DNA of 64,000 nt from Phoronis australis (GCA_002633005.1 NMRA01000433.1:288891-352890), one strand, 5' to 3'. Positions 38,327 to 51,778 are shown, numbered from the stretch's first letter. Notes: generated from the letters alone by a model not told the origin. Numbers and translations are program-made.

Positions 38327-38766
38327 AATAAAACCGAGACCGGCAAGAGATCTTTTATTTATGCTCCTGCAGCAATATGGAACTCTCTTAGCCCAGAAAT
38401 TAAACGGTCCGATTCAATTAATACAACATAATATTAAAAAGTGGCTGCAATTTACCTAACCGTTTTACACCCTACCTGTCTTAATTATGTAATTTTTCAT
38501 TGTAGTAAATACTTTCACTGTTTAATATCAGCTTTTTGTTGATTTCATCTCTCTTAATCCAATTTTCAACATCCTTCGTCATTTATTTATTATTTTAATT
38601 CTCAACCTGTTTTAATTGTATCTCTGTTACATGAATTTAATTGTTTTATAACTTTATTGTATTATATTACTGTTTTATATTTTGTTGTTGAGGGCACTCT
38701 TGGAAAACAGTGCTATCACTGAAAAGGACACCCTCATTTTAAATATCACAATTAACAAAATAAAAA
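38327..38766 (+). mobile_element. 3' end of a CR1/L2-group LINE
   Basis: NKTETGKRSFIYAPAAIWNSLSPEIKRSDSINT...KKWL (RSF.Y....WNSL RT tail), T-rich UTR, stem-loop GAGGG...CAGTG/CACTG...CCCTC and A-rich end. Confidence 0.7.
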
Positions 38767-39470
38767 GGACATCACAAAGCTTCGGTATAACTAGACGGCG
38801 AAAATGAAATGAGAAATCAGACGTAGACTTTTTCAGTGGCTAAATTGACATGATGTGCCACCCCATCTAATATTATACAGATAAGTAACGTTATATTTGG
38901 TTTATTCATATTTTGCGATCATTTCGCTCATGTTCTTAAACCAGTTTATTTTTATGTGGAATATACACTATATTAGTTTCCAGTTATCATTGATAACATA
39001 TTGTTGCATTGACATACATGCCATCACGACAGTGAAGAACAAAATATGATGCGCAAACTGTAACAGCGTTAGAAGATTTTATCTCAAACAACGCTCGAAA
39101 CAGTTCGGATGTTTTCATAAAATACTTCGATTTAACGTTTCCCTTTTGCTTTTGGCTTCGCAAAAAATAAAATTCAGCCGCCCAGTTTCAATACTAGTTG
39201 TAAAACGATAACCTGATTGGGCCTTATACAGTCACCAAATCGGTCTCGTAATCATAAATATTCGTTACTGCGCTAGGATTATATTTCCATTACCAACAAG
39301 AACACCAAAACTATCAACTACTCAAGAAAACGATTCATTGTTTAATGGGGTTCACAAGCCCTAAACGAAATTGCAAAGACGAAAATAATGCACGTGCTCT
39401 TTGGCCGACTCTAGGAACCAATATGAGATTGTTCCTAGGCCGACTTGAGTAGCTGGCTCATTCGGAAATG

Positions 39471-42400
39471 GGTTAAAACTGCGTCATTTCCAAGATGGCC
39501 GACATGACGTTTCGAAATCACCAAAAATTATAGATATAATTTCTTCAATAATTGAGATAGAGACATAATTTTTGGTTCTAGTCTATGGTTTTACGGGATG
39601 AGCAACTCGCTGGTGTGACTAAAATTAAGATATGATCCGTATTTAATATGAAATTCAAGATGGTGGCTAAAATTCAAGAACGCAAAATCACTGATTTGTC
39701 CATTATATCGGGTGGTCAAAGAAACGTTTCGAACTTTAACCTTTACTTTTACTAAAAACATTCATTGAAATTGCACGAAATTGTGCACATGTGCATATCA
39801 ATCTATTGTCATTACACCATAAAAATATAATGATACACTGTGTTTTCGTTACAAGACCTGAGAAAAGATACTTTCATAACCCAAAAAAGTCAATGCCAAA
39901 TAAGCCTACAAGATTAATATACAAAGAGTTATTGTAAAGAATGGTGACACTTAGCAATAAATATATACAGAAGTGCGTTTTCAAGGGTTTTGTTATAGTC
40001 AGTTGGGTGCTACATTTTGCAAAGTCATGGGTTTTTTTCAAGTCTTGAGAACGAGCTAATTGGGGTTAATTACAACATGTTTTACACAAAATCCTGACTG
40101 CAATCTAATGAACTACACCGTTTGGAATGCGCCGACAGAGCCTAATGTGTACCAAGGTATAGTTTGTATTATGCTCAATAACTTAAGCCTGCAAAAATTC
40201 CCCTTTACTAAAAGGCATCTGTCAGTCTCAAAGTGACTGAAAAACAGGTTCTAATAAAGTATTTATTCGTCGACATGACGCATGAACGAGTAGATTACAT
40301 TTTCATCCAAAAATGTTATGTTCATTACACGTATGCATACTGCCTCAGGTCAATGCTCATCACTGTCTTCACGTTCCTCAGAAATTCGATTTAGTGGATT
40401 GTCACAATATGTCGCTAGGCACAATCTACATGTAGATGTACATGCAAGCCCATTTTTTCTGCAACTGCATCGGGGGGTGCTACCAGCTGTAGTACAGATG
40501 CAGTGTATCATCTAGAGTGTCTGGTGCAGCATTCATGGCAGTTATGATGTGTACGATTCTGGGAGTAATATACATGTACATAGGGAGTGGAAACTTCAAG
40601 CCCAACTTTCATCGCTATTGTACTATGACTGCCTCGCTATTCAGGCTCACAGAGCGAAATAATCGGATTTACTTAGTGCCAGAACCACAGTTCAGCGCAC
40701 GTCAACACTGTTGGGCATGCGCACTTAATCAACAACATCGGCAACCATTTTTAAAAACACGCCCTTTCACGGCATTAAAATCCTTGTGATTCTTGTCGGT
40801 GTTGTTATTGAGAATTTGACGATGTTAAAGTTCTGTCATTAATTGTAAATTCATTGATTGTACTAATTAGAGCACGTAGAATACAACTGACTTGAGATAT
40901 TGGTCCTAGGTACGAATTGATTGTTTTCAAGTCTCCAGCCCCAGTCTAAAGGCTCCTGGTCATTTGGCATCTCCATGACCTGGTAGCACACTCGAGAGAA
41001 TGGAACCTGGTGGCTGATTCCGTAGGTGGAAGACGTTCGGGAGTAGCGATAGACTTAGCAGCAGCAAGCTTTTTTGTGAATATATTTGTCAGACGATTGT
41101 CTGTGTGGGTTTGTTTAAAAGGTAGCTATGCTTTGAAGTTGTGCATAGATGGAGAGTGAATAATCAAATCCAGTAATTAATTTACTATATGATAACCCCT
41201 AATTAGACAAATGAAACCTATTGTTAATTAAGTAATCAACTACAAAGAGAAACTACGCTAGCGCCCTCTTTAAAGATTACTTTAATCAAACAACCAAACG
41301 ATCAAATGTCTTATCTGCTATCCAAGCTAGGACTCTCCACTTGTTGGATGTCTGTCCTTGCTGCTCCTCTATCCGAGTCATTTTACTGCCATGAGTCAAG
41401 CTGCCTGTGCCTTTTAGCGATCGCATTTAGTAATTCTTCTCAATGGCTAGATCACAGCTGAGGCCTGCCCAAAACTGGTTTGTTCGCTGAATCATGCGAA
41501 AGCCATTTTTGAAACTTCGCATACACATCTGCGTATTTGCTTTCCGTATCAGCCATTTCTTGTATGTAGAGTTATGCAGATTTCAGGTAGTTGTGGTGTC
41601 CAGCTGCAGCAAATATTGGCAAGGCATCACCAACAGCAGGCAAGTGATCACCCAAGACCGAGTGCGATCTGCCTTGATCATTGCCTGAGCAGTATGGAAC
41701 ATTTTCAGACCAGCCACAGACTTCTTCTCAAGATTGACGATAATCTGCACAATTGCGGCTGTTGTGGGACACTTCAGACAGATGATGACACTTTGTCCTG
41801 CCTCCCGTTCAGTAACGCTAGAACCTCGCTAAAAAGCAAGACTTCGCGAGATTACGTGAGATATTGCCGTGTATTTTAAATGAGAACACGTGACTTTGAC
41901 TAGGTTTTAGCTAGGTCCTAGCGTCTACTGAACGCGCGCCTGGACTTCTAGTGTCCTTGTGTGTTTAAATAAAAACCAGTGGCAAGCAAATATACACTAG
42001 AGAATATATTGTTACTTTTGTGCAAGCCAATGCTTTGGATTAAATATTAAATATTAATGCAATGTTCTTATTTTAAAGTAGTTCAGTCAGAAATCAGTCA
42101 AATCTGAATGTTTTAAGATAATAATTCAATCAGAAACCAGTCATGTCTAATCATACTTCCGTTATAATTGATGAAGTGAAAATCATGTGATTTTTGTTCT
42201 TGAATTTTTGCCGCCATCTTGAATTTCATATCAAATACTAATCATGTCTTGGTTTTAACCACACCAGCGAGTTGCTCACCCCTTAAAACCATAGACTACA
42301 ACCAAAAATTATGTCTCTATCTCAATTATTGAAGAAGTTATAATGTTTTTTTGGTGATTTTGAAACGTCGTGGCGGCCATTTTGGAAATGACGCAGTTTT

Positions 42401-42528
42401 AACACGGATTTTGGTAGACTGTTAATAAGGATTCGCAATAGAGCATAAAACCACTGTAAAACCTTTTGTTGCAATTTGTTGTGGGTCAGGTGGTATATTG
42501 ACTCGTTAAATAAATTATTTCTAGAATG
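39471..42528 (-). mobile_element. Internally deleted AcademX-type transposon with about 210-bp subterminal inverted repeats
   Basis: Inverted repeats 39471-39681 and 42197-42403. Minus-strand remnants PERLPPTESATRFHSL, PLDWGWRLE and AAPD..MIHCICTT...RCSCRKNGLACTSTC, plus the SCDLAIE...MRSLKGTG region at about 41390-41480. Confidence 0.72.
41801..41939 (+). mobile_element. About 140-bp short mobile element with CTG TSD (family also at 1953-2103 and inverted at 4563-4725)
   Basis: Ends CCTCCCGTTCAGTA...TACTGAACGCGCGC, flanked by CTG/CTG. The empty site GCCCTGGACT is at 49111-49120. Confidence 0.8.
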
Positions 42529-42530
42529 TG

Positions 42531-42912
42531 ACTCCCAAATAAAGACTGGTTAGTGCATTTGTGGGCTTATGAAAATGCTGGTTGTCCTTATTTTCATGCT
42601 GTTGAAGTCTCAAAACTAAGTCGTATTGTAACCTTGATCCAAATCGCGAGTGAACTCCACCTTGCATTCTCAATATTGTATTGAAAATAATTATGATTCT
42701 TTCATGCAACGCCCCAAATTTAATTATTTTGACTGAATTAAGGGCTCGGCTTTAGTTATATAATAATAAATGTCATTTTAGTCAAAGAGGAGCTGGAAGA
42801 TAAAATGGTTCTGTAAAATACATCAGTGAAGTAAAGAATGAAACAAATACAGAACAGGTGAAGGGAACTTAGTCAAGTCCCTGTTTGGGACTTTTTCATG
42901 CAGCCGGGCCCT
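42531..42912. mobile_element. MITE family (also 49511-49910, diverged copy about 17198-17480)
   Basis: Subterminal inverted TCCCAAATAGGGACT..AAGTTCCCT / AGGGAACTT..AGTCCCTGTTTGGGA (left arm complete in the 49511 copy). Right end GCCGGGCC-CTG resembles Harbinger MITEs. Confidence 0.55.
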
Positions 42913-43562
42913 GGACATTCACATAACATTGGATTTCACAGTAAATGCATGACTTTGTTTTTCACAATCTATAAAAATAACGTATTCTTGATAATGTTAT
43001 GAGCGCGATGACTTTACCGGAAATGAAAGACCGGTTTCTTCCTCAACGTCACCTACAGCGGAGTTGCAACCGAATCGATTTAACGATTGCGCATGTCCGG
43101 AAATTAGGGTGCGCAAAGGCTACTGGGATTGTTGATGGTAAACGGGATGACCGACTGGTTTGCACGACGTGTAATTTGTGTGCATTAAACTACGCTGCTG
43201 TATGTAATTCTGCCGCTATTCGCCCTAATTAGCGCCCATGGCTCAACAAGTGCCCCAACGCGTTTTCAGACTTTGCTAAAGTAAGCGCCCAGCCCATGAA
43301 CTACATGCGAAAAATGCCCTTACCTACAGTTCTAACGTCTCCAATTTATCAATTGAAAGATCCGACAGCCTGAATTTGTAACGGACCACGAGCCTCACCG
43401 TTATGTCCGTATACACTTCAAACTTACGCCGCGATTCAAAAAGAACGCAGAAGTTTTGCTGCTCTTGCGAGGGATGTGCCCCACTACGCGGGTCTGGACT
43501 TTGAAAACAGACACAGCGTACTTGTCAAAGAGCGGGATTGCATTGTTTCTTTCCAGTACAGA

Positions 43563-44123
43563 NNNNNNNNNNNNNNNNNNNNNNNNNNNNNNNNNNNNNN
43601 NNNNNNNNNNNNNNNNNNNNNNNNNNNNNNNNNNNNNNNNNNNNNNNNNNNNNNNNNNNNNNNNNNNNNNNNNNNNNNNNNNNNNNNNNNNNNNNNNNNN
43701 NNNNNNNNNNNNNNNNNNNNNNNNNNNNNNNNNNNNNNNNNNNNNNNNNNNNNNNNNNNNNNNNNNNNNNNNNNNNNNNNNNNNNNNNNNNNNNNNNNNN
43801 NNNNNNNNNNNNNNNNNNNNNNNNNNNNNNNNNNNNNNNNNNNNNNNNNNNNNNNNNNNNNNNNNNNNNNNNNNNNNNNNNNNNNNNNNNNNNNNNNNNN
43901 NNNNNNNNNNNNNNNNNNNNNNNNNNNNNNNNNNNNNNNNNNNNNNNNNNNNNNNNNNNNNNNNNNNNNNNNNNNNNNNNNNNNNNNNNNNNNNNNNNNN
44001 NNNNNNNNNNNNNNNNNNNNNNNNNNNNNNNNNNNNNNNNNNNNNNNNNNNNNNNNNNNNNNNNNNNNNNNNNNNNNNNNNNNNNNNNNNNNNNNNNNNN
44101 NNNNNNNNNNNNNNNNNNNNNNN
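43563..44123. other. Assembly gap (561 N)
   Basis: Run of N. Confidence 1.
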
Positions 44124-45300
44124 CTGACTCGTTATCCCGGCCAGTGGCTCGGAACCCGATCAGGCCCGTCGCGGCCGCCGCGACTGGCACGAATATAAAC
44201 CAGCCCGAGTTATAAACTAAACCTCCAGCCACGAAAAGACTATAATAGTGAGCCAAAGAAATAATGTGCACGTAATTATTTGTGTGAATTAGCCACGAAA
44301 CTGAAAATCTGCTTACTCGTCTAGGGCCGAAAAGTCAGGTTCCCCTTCCACAGACCGTCAGGTCAAAGGTTGTACAGTAACAATGATTTGAATAATGTAT
44401 TTGTATTTCTAAATAAATATTCCCGTAACATGTGACCATAGCATATAAAATCGAGTTATTGTTTCACAACAGTTTTCTGTCAGTAAACACTGAATTAGCA
44501 TGCAATCACACGGCGTCGGTGCCCGGTCAATTACCTTTATTGCCGGCATCAAAAGCCGGTAACGCAGTGGTTTATTCAATGCTGGCTTCTCAACATTTGC
44601 ACTTACGAATACTGCAAAGGCATTACAAATTGTACCTAATGAGACAGACTTTGTTTCAGTTCTATATAAGTATTGGTTAGGATGAGAATAATTCATTTTG
44701 AAACAGCGTAGAAAATAAACGTCTGCATGGCAACTCGTCCGGCGCCAATCCCGACTTAGTCAAGAGCTCATCAGACGAAGATTTCACGGGTCGGATCGTT
44801 AGATTTCAGAGGCTATCAGTTCGAACCGGAATACACTGGCCAAGAAATACTATAGAGGGGCGCCGTGAACATGGACAGGCAACGGAACGTATGGATAGTT
44901 CTTTGGTAAGCCGGAATTCGTCAGGGAAATCACTGTCGACGAAATGCCGGCCACAGACACGGAGATGTTTCAGGGCCTCATATTTGCTATGAACAGCGTA
45001 CCTTTCATTCTTCACTACCGCGAGCCACTTCTTAAGCATTTCGAGCTCTCGAGGAAGTCGAAAAAACGATATACCCGCTTTCTTCGCAGCTTCATAGTTC
45101 GGACAAGCGGGAACGATGCACCGCAATACAGCGGCATTCACTCTGCAGACGAACCACTGACGTCGCTGCGTCGTTTCTCACCTTCCTTATGAGTTAACGC
45201 GACACCTCTCGGCAAGGTGAGGTCGACCGTATAAGAGGCGATGTGGATATAGACCGATTAAGACGGCAAAAAGACTAATTTAATCGGGTGGCATTCTCCT
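44124..45300 (-). mobile_element. Duplicate of the Kolobok/THAP element (left end lost in the gap)
   Basis: Colinear with 33578-34751; THAP frame 44806-45141; right TIR GGGTGGCATTCTCCT followed by TCAA (mutated TTAA). Confidence 0.75.
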
Positions 45301-45433
45301 TCAAGTTTATGAAACAAATTTTACATTTTGTTTTGGTAGTTCTATATTGGCATATGAAAATCAGATGCACAACGCGAAACATTTCATTGCTGAGCATGAA
45401 CAATGGTTCATATTTTTGTTATTGTACTTACAG

Positions 45434-45578
45434 AGCCACCTGTGGGAAATTTAGAATATTCAAACGGCCTCGTTGCCGCACCGACAAGAGGAGTGTCATC
45501 AGATTGGCCCGGACTCAGTGGACTTGCAAACTCGCGAAAGTGAGAGTCTATTTCTACGTTTGCTCCTGCCGCCGCTAA
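45434..45578 (+). CDS. Second copy (paralog or allele) of the last coding exon of the cystine-knot gene; 5' exons not in assembled sequence
   Basis: Same cttacag acceptor; ATCGKFRIFKRPRCRTDKRSVIRLARTQWTCKLAKVRVYFYVCSCRR-stop. All 5 Cys kept; 5 nt differences from 34885-35029. Upstream sequence runs into the N gap. Confidence 0.75.
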
Positions 45579-46364
45579 GGAACCACAGCCAGTTGGCGCG
45601 TAATACTGCACACCGAAATCTAGTATTTTTCCCACATGTAGTTAGGCCACGGTTAGTCTTACAGCTCTTTAAAAACACGTCCTTGTACTCGGCCAACGAC
45701 AATAACTGCAGCCAATATTCTACTTTATCTGCAATCCACTATCTTACACATTTAATTCGACTAAGAACTGTTTCTACCGAGAGCTTCTAAATGAAGACTT
45801 GTAAACACTTAGACGATTTTGAAAATCTTGAGTCACAAACACCTTAAATTGTTTCAAGTTCTGACGATTTGCTTGTTATACAGATGCTGTAACTTGGATC
45901 TGAAACAGGAGCTGTAAACGTTTTAATAAAGTTAATTAGCAATTTGAGACTTGTTGTTATTCAGCGCCAACACCACGTGTTGTATTGTCTCAGCTACAGG
46001 AAATTATCCCAGAAGGTCAAATGAGCATAATTTTGTCTGACTGTTTCTTTTGTAAATCGGGTCGGAAGTACAATATGTTTAGTTACTCTTTTTTTAAAAA
46101 ATCCACCCGCCACGAGTAAAATATACAGGCTGTGGTATACCAGTTTCGGGTGAGAGGAGGTCAGTTGGCCGTCAGTCGCACCAGAGTTCCGACACATGAC
46201 AGCGTTTTCCAGTGTGACTTTACCAGACGAAGGGGGTTCTGAGCGAGTGATAACATCTAGCTTCTTTGTTAACTGCCAAGCACAGTCTTCTGTCTGTTAT
46301 GACAACAGGCACGCTAATTATCTACCAGGTTTATTACAGACAACGTATGAACACAGTCAAACCC

Positions 46365-49300
46365 TAACTGGGGTTAATTACAACATGTTTTACACAAAAT
46401 CCTGACTGCAATCTAATGAACTACACCGTTTGGAATGACGCATGAACGAGTAGATTACACTTTCATTCAAAAATGTTATGTTCATTACACGTATGCATAC
46501 TGCCTCAGGTCAATCCTCATCACTGTCTTCACGTTCCTCAGAAATTCGATTTAGTGGATTGTCACAATATGTCACTAAGCACAATCTACATATAGATGTA
46601 CATGCAAGCTCATTCTTTCTGCAACTGCACCGGGGCGTGCTGCCAGCTGTAGTACAGTTGCAGTGTATCATCTAGAGGAGTGCCTGGTGCAGCATTCATG
46701 GCAGTTATGATGTGTACGAATTGATTGTTTTCAAGTCTCCAGCCCCAGTCTAAAGGCTCCCGGTCATTTGCCATCTCCATCCAAACCATGACCTGGTAGC
46801 AGACTCGAGAGAATGAAACCTGGGCCCGGTCTCTAATCCTTGTACTCGAAACGAACTCGAAACTATTTTTGGCAATTTCTCTGCTCCTTTTGTGCGAACT
46901 TAAGATAATTGGTTATCAGACTGTGCTCGAATACATTATAGTTTATGCATACATGTACATGTAGGAGTTTCTAGTTCACTAAGTTTGCCCTTGAAGACCC
47001 TTACATTCGTGCTACAAACTAGAGTAAAAACTCGAAATTTCGAGTTCAAACTCGAACTTATTGCTTTAATATTGGGTTTAAAACTGTGAACTAAGGGCAA
47101 TAAATTATCTACGTAAGTTATTGTGTACTCGAGCATAGAATAATAGACATTTATCTTGAGTTCGCCCAAAAGTAGAGTAGAAAATGCTAAACCTAATTTC
47201 GAGTTCAATTTCGAGTAAAAAGATTGGAGACCGGGCCCTGGTGGCTGATTCCGTTGGTGGAAGACGTTCGGGAGTAGCGAAAGACTTAGCAGCAGCAAGC
47301 TTTTTTGTGAATATATTGTAATGCACAGCAAACCAGAGAACACGTGCTCTCTCCACCAAGCATTACCACCGTCGCATGGTTGCCAAGTTTCTCTAGGCAG
47401 GGCTCACACATTCGTGGTGAATGTGTCTGCGCATGACTGGAGGACTTGTTTTACGAGTTTCTGAGAGACTGAAGTCTTTCCAACGCCATATACACGAGAC
47501 GTTGCATTGCGTCCTGTAAATAGGACATGAATAGTAGCTGGGTACACAATTTAATCCTGAGCACACACCTCATCCAATTTATGTCGTATACTTTAAGATT
47601 GGTTCTTGACTGGTAGCCAGATCTGAAAAATAGTGATTTCCCGTCAGCCATACAATAGTGGAGCATAATCATCAACAAGGCAGTGTCCTTGCCGATTACT
47701 GTGGTGGAATGCCTGTTATACTGTTTAGTGCTGTCTTTGCAATGTCCACAGCAGCGTCTCATTCTGCCTGAACTTTCTGCAGCTGGTCACTTATTAAGGC
47801 GATCAATTGTTGCTTGTTACTGCCAGTGGATAGGAATTCATCTCTCTTAACCATCAAAGTCCATTTCTCCGGTGAAGTCCACCGTCGGATAGATGCTGGT
47901 CTGTCTCCGACTCTGTGTTATCCTTTATCGAAGGACCTGCACCATAACCATCAAAGACAACAGTGGCTACCTGAGTGTGATTTTTCGTGAAGTCAGCGTA
48001 TGCTCCGACAATTTTTCCATTTGAGCTTGTGCAGAAAATATCCCCCATCAAGCGCATACCTTTCAGTCTAGAGACGTACTGAAGGTGTGGAGTTTGGTGC
48101 TCCTTCAAAAGCATGGGCCTTGGAACAGCGGCCATGAACGGCTTGAGCCAGTTGAGGTCTGACAGCCTTCTTCAAGATCAGGTTGTCCTCAAAGAGAGAC
48201 TGTGGGTGAGGACTGAGCTCGAAACTCACAACTGCCTCAAGAGACAATTCATGTTACAGGAATACCACATGGGATGGCTGGAAGAGTAAGCAAGGATCGA
48301 TGGATCCGCCAGGAACAACCTGGACTGCAGCTGCATTTCCCAGGGTCTTAGCATTCTCTCTCCTCTTAAAAGAGAAAGAAAACACAGGTTGTCGAACCAT
48401 TCTCTCAATGATTTTGTTCCCAACAGATTGACATCCATGCACGTTGACATTTGCGTTGGCGACAACACCACTGATGACATTGTGCTTCGCAGTGTCTGAG
48501 GAGAAGGGTGAAAATGCGGTCAGCTTTGTGCTTATCTTTGCAAAGTCGCATGCATCTCTTTCAATTCTGGTAGCAGTTGCCTGTTTGTGTTGTTCGCTTG
48601 TTGTATACGTGAGGTCATTGGAGTCCTGCAAGGTGATGTTCACCTCTGACGTTACGGTGACCAACATTGTCCACAATGCTTGCTGCTCCTCTGTCATCTT
48701 GCTGCCATGAGTCAAGCCGCCTGTGCCTTTAAGCGATCGCATTTAGTATTTTTTCTCAATGGCTAGATCACAGCTGAGGCCTGCCCAAAACTGGTTTGTT
48801 CGCTGAATCATACGAAAGCCATTTTTGAAGCTTCGCATACACATCTGGGTATTTGCTTTCCGTATCAACCATTTCTTGCATGTACAGTTATGCAGATTTC
48901 AGGTAGTTGTGGTGTCCAGCTGCAGCAAATGTTGGCAAGGCATCACCAACAGCAGGCAAGTGATCACCCAAGACCGAGTGCGATCTGCCTTGATCATTGC
49001 CTGAGCAGTATGGAACATTTTCAGACCAGCCACAGACTTCTTCTCAAGATTGACGATAATCTGCACAATCGCGGCTGTTATGGGACACTTCAGACAGATG
49101 TTGAAACTTTGCCCTGGACTTCTAGTTTCCTTGTGTGTTTAAATAAAAACCAGTGGCAAGCAAATATACACTAGAGAATATTTTGTTACTTTTGTGCAAG
49201 CCAATGCTTTGGATTAAATATTAATGAAATGTTCATATTTTAAAGTAGTTCAGTCAGAAATCAGTCAAATCTAAATGTTTTAAGATCATTCAATCAGAAA

Positions 49301-49508
49301 CCAGTCATATCTAACCATATTTCCGTTGTTTTTGAAACGTCGTGGCGGCTATTTTGGAAATGACGCAGTTTTAACACGGATTTTGGTAGACTTTTTTGAT
49401 GTTAATAAGGATTCGCAGTAGTGCATAAAACCACTGTAAAACCTTTTTTTGCAATTTGTTGTGGGTCAGGTGGCATATTGTCTCGTTAAATAAATTATTT
49501 CTAGACTG
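46365..49508 (-). mobile_element. Second, more complete copy of the same AcademX-type transposon (pseudogenised transposase/nuclease)
   Basis: MRSLKGTGGLTHGSKMTEEQQALW (48254-48742), ATVVFDGY..GPSIKD, TTVIGKDTALL and PERLPPTESAT. Retains about 47320-48680, which the first copy lacks. Ends ...TCTAGACTG. Confidence 0.75.
46823..47237. mobile_element. PIF/Harbinger-type MITE, 415 bp
   Basis: 16-bp TIR GGCCCGGTCTCTAATC / GATTGGAGACCGGGCC (1 mismatch) and 3-bp CTG TSD. The empty site AACCTGGTGG is present in the other copy at about 41004-41013. Confidence 0.85.
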
Positions 49509-51778
49509 TGACTCCCAAATAGGGACTGGTTAAGTTCCCTAAGATTACCGTGTATTTGTGGGCTTATGAAAACGCTGGTTGTCCTTATTTTCATGCTGTT
49601 GGAGTCTCATAAATAAGTCGGTTTGTAACCTTGATCCAAATCGCGAGTGAACTCCACCTTGCATTCTCAATATTGTATTGAAAATAATTAAGATTCTTTT
49701 ATGCAACGCCCCAAATTTAATTATTTTGACTGAATTACGGGCTCGGCTTTAGTTATACAATTATAAAATGTCATTTTAGTCAAAGAGGAGCTCAAAGATA
49801 AAATGGTTCTGAAAAATACATCTGTGAGTAAAGAACGAAACAAATACAGAACAGGTGAAGGGAACTTAGTCAAGTGCCAGTTTGGGACTTTTTCATGCAG
49901 CCGGGCCCTGGACGTTCACATAACATTGGATTTCACTGTAAATGCATGACTTTGTTTTTCACAATCTATAAAAATAACACATATTTTTGATAATGTTATG
50001 AGCGCGAGGACTTTACCGGAAATGAAAGACCGGTTTCTTGTTCAACGTCACCTACAGTAATTCGTCCATAGCTGCTTGAAACAGGAAGTTGAAAGTGATG
50101 GCTTTGCATCAGCGTTAGCATAAATAATGAGACTGTTTCTACAGGAAAACATTCTGTGGAAAACCTCTGAAGGGTGCCCTCTCCAAAAGGATTTTGTTAT
50201 GGTTCGAAATATTTCTCCGTTAATCTACCATTTTACCAGCTCGAAGAGCAGTGTTTTGTTGTTAGCATTTGGTACAGTCATACGTTCCACAAGTTGACTT
50301 CAAGTCACTTAACGTTTTGAAATTGGTCTCAAAATTTTCTAGGTTTGGAAAGAACTGACATTTTGCTATTTCTTTAGACCAAGCTCATAAAATTTCACAT
50401 TTCTTCGGGAGCCTAGCAATCTCTTCTATACATAGTAAATACCAATTTTATAATGGCAAATGGCCAATATCACAACCTGTTTTCTGACAAACACAAAAGA
50501 TTTAACACCATTTTAAAGACACTGCCTCCCTTACATTCACTAATATAGAACACGGGATGAGTTTTGTCAGGTGAAAGATATTATTAAAATATAAATATTT
50601 CTTAACGTTTAGCACTTGGTGTTAGCTTTATTTTGCTATTAACTTTTATTCTTTAAAGTGGGCGGGGTTTCCACGAAAACCTCATTACAAATGGGTACTT
50701 GAGTGAATAGGGGTATGTACCCAGTTGTGTGAATCAACTGTCACTCACTAGGCTACCGCGGCCAAATTAAGTGATGGTTCACTGCTAAAATCAAAATGAA
50801 ATCAAAACAATCACATTAAGTTCACCTAACTTATAAATTATTTGAAGGTGTGCTGAATGCAATTAAATATACAAAAGATAGATGGTTGTGCTCCACGGCC
50901 AACTGCAATCATCAGCTGAGCGCTGTGCTTGAATATTTCTTGGGTTTAAATTACGAATCAACTAGCTTGCTTTAAAATCCAATAATGAAGTTTTTGAACA
51001 AAATGGAAGAGCATCGGTAGCCCCACTCCAAAAACATTCACATTTTTCTCGTGAACAGTTGAAAGTCACGTTTCTTATGTTCCACCAGTTGATTACAACT
51101 TGCAAAGCAAATTCGATGTCTCTACAGAAATGCCATCTATTGTCCAGATACTTAATATGTTTATGAAACAAATTTCACAAAATTGCAGTTTGTTTTGCAG
51201 AAAATCCAACACACAGCATAAAGCTTTTCCATTGCACAGCTTGAACTATGTTCAGGAAGTGTGTTGTGAGACTGGTGAGAACCCAGTGGAATTTCCAGAA
51301 CTATGAGAGTGACAGTCTATTTCTACGACTGTGTCTGCTGCCGCTAAAGGAATTGCAATAAATCAGCTGCACGGGCATAATAATGGTCATGAAAAGTCAC
51401 CGCTAGGAGTAGAATCACATTTAATACCTCTTCCAAGCGAGTACCCTCTTCAGGGAAGGCTGTCCCAGTAGGGAACCAGAATAAATTACATGCATGTACA
51501 GCTTAATACATCAGCAGGAAACAGCAGTGGTCGACTAAAACTGTCATGAAAAATACTTCACTGCCTTCACTCTTCAAGTATGGCTATCGCATGATCACAA
51601 AAACCAGCAAAAATCTTCTGCCATTTCGTCAACTGACGACACTACCAAAACTTTTGACCGTAGTCTTTCGGTACATTTAGAATTGCCCTGCGTCTTCTAA
51701 ATGACTGTGCAGTAGGCAACGATTTGAAGGGTGGAAAATTCCTCCCACGACTTGACATACACAAATATGCACATCCCA

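Larger units (their letters stand above)
44124..50057 (+). repeat. Segmental duplicate of 33578-35811 joined directly to a duplicate of 40057-43058
   Basis: Junction CAGTCAAACCC/TAACTGGGGTTAATT at 46364/46365. About 15 differences in a 230-bp sample counted by eye. Homology ends at CACCTACAG (43058 / 50057). Confidence 0.88.

Noticed and set aside
43456-44271. Long ORFs of 223-248 aa in the ORF track
   Set aside because: Artefacts of translating the N gap.
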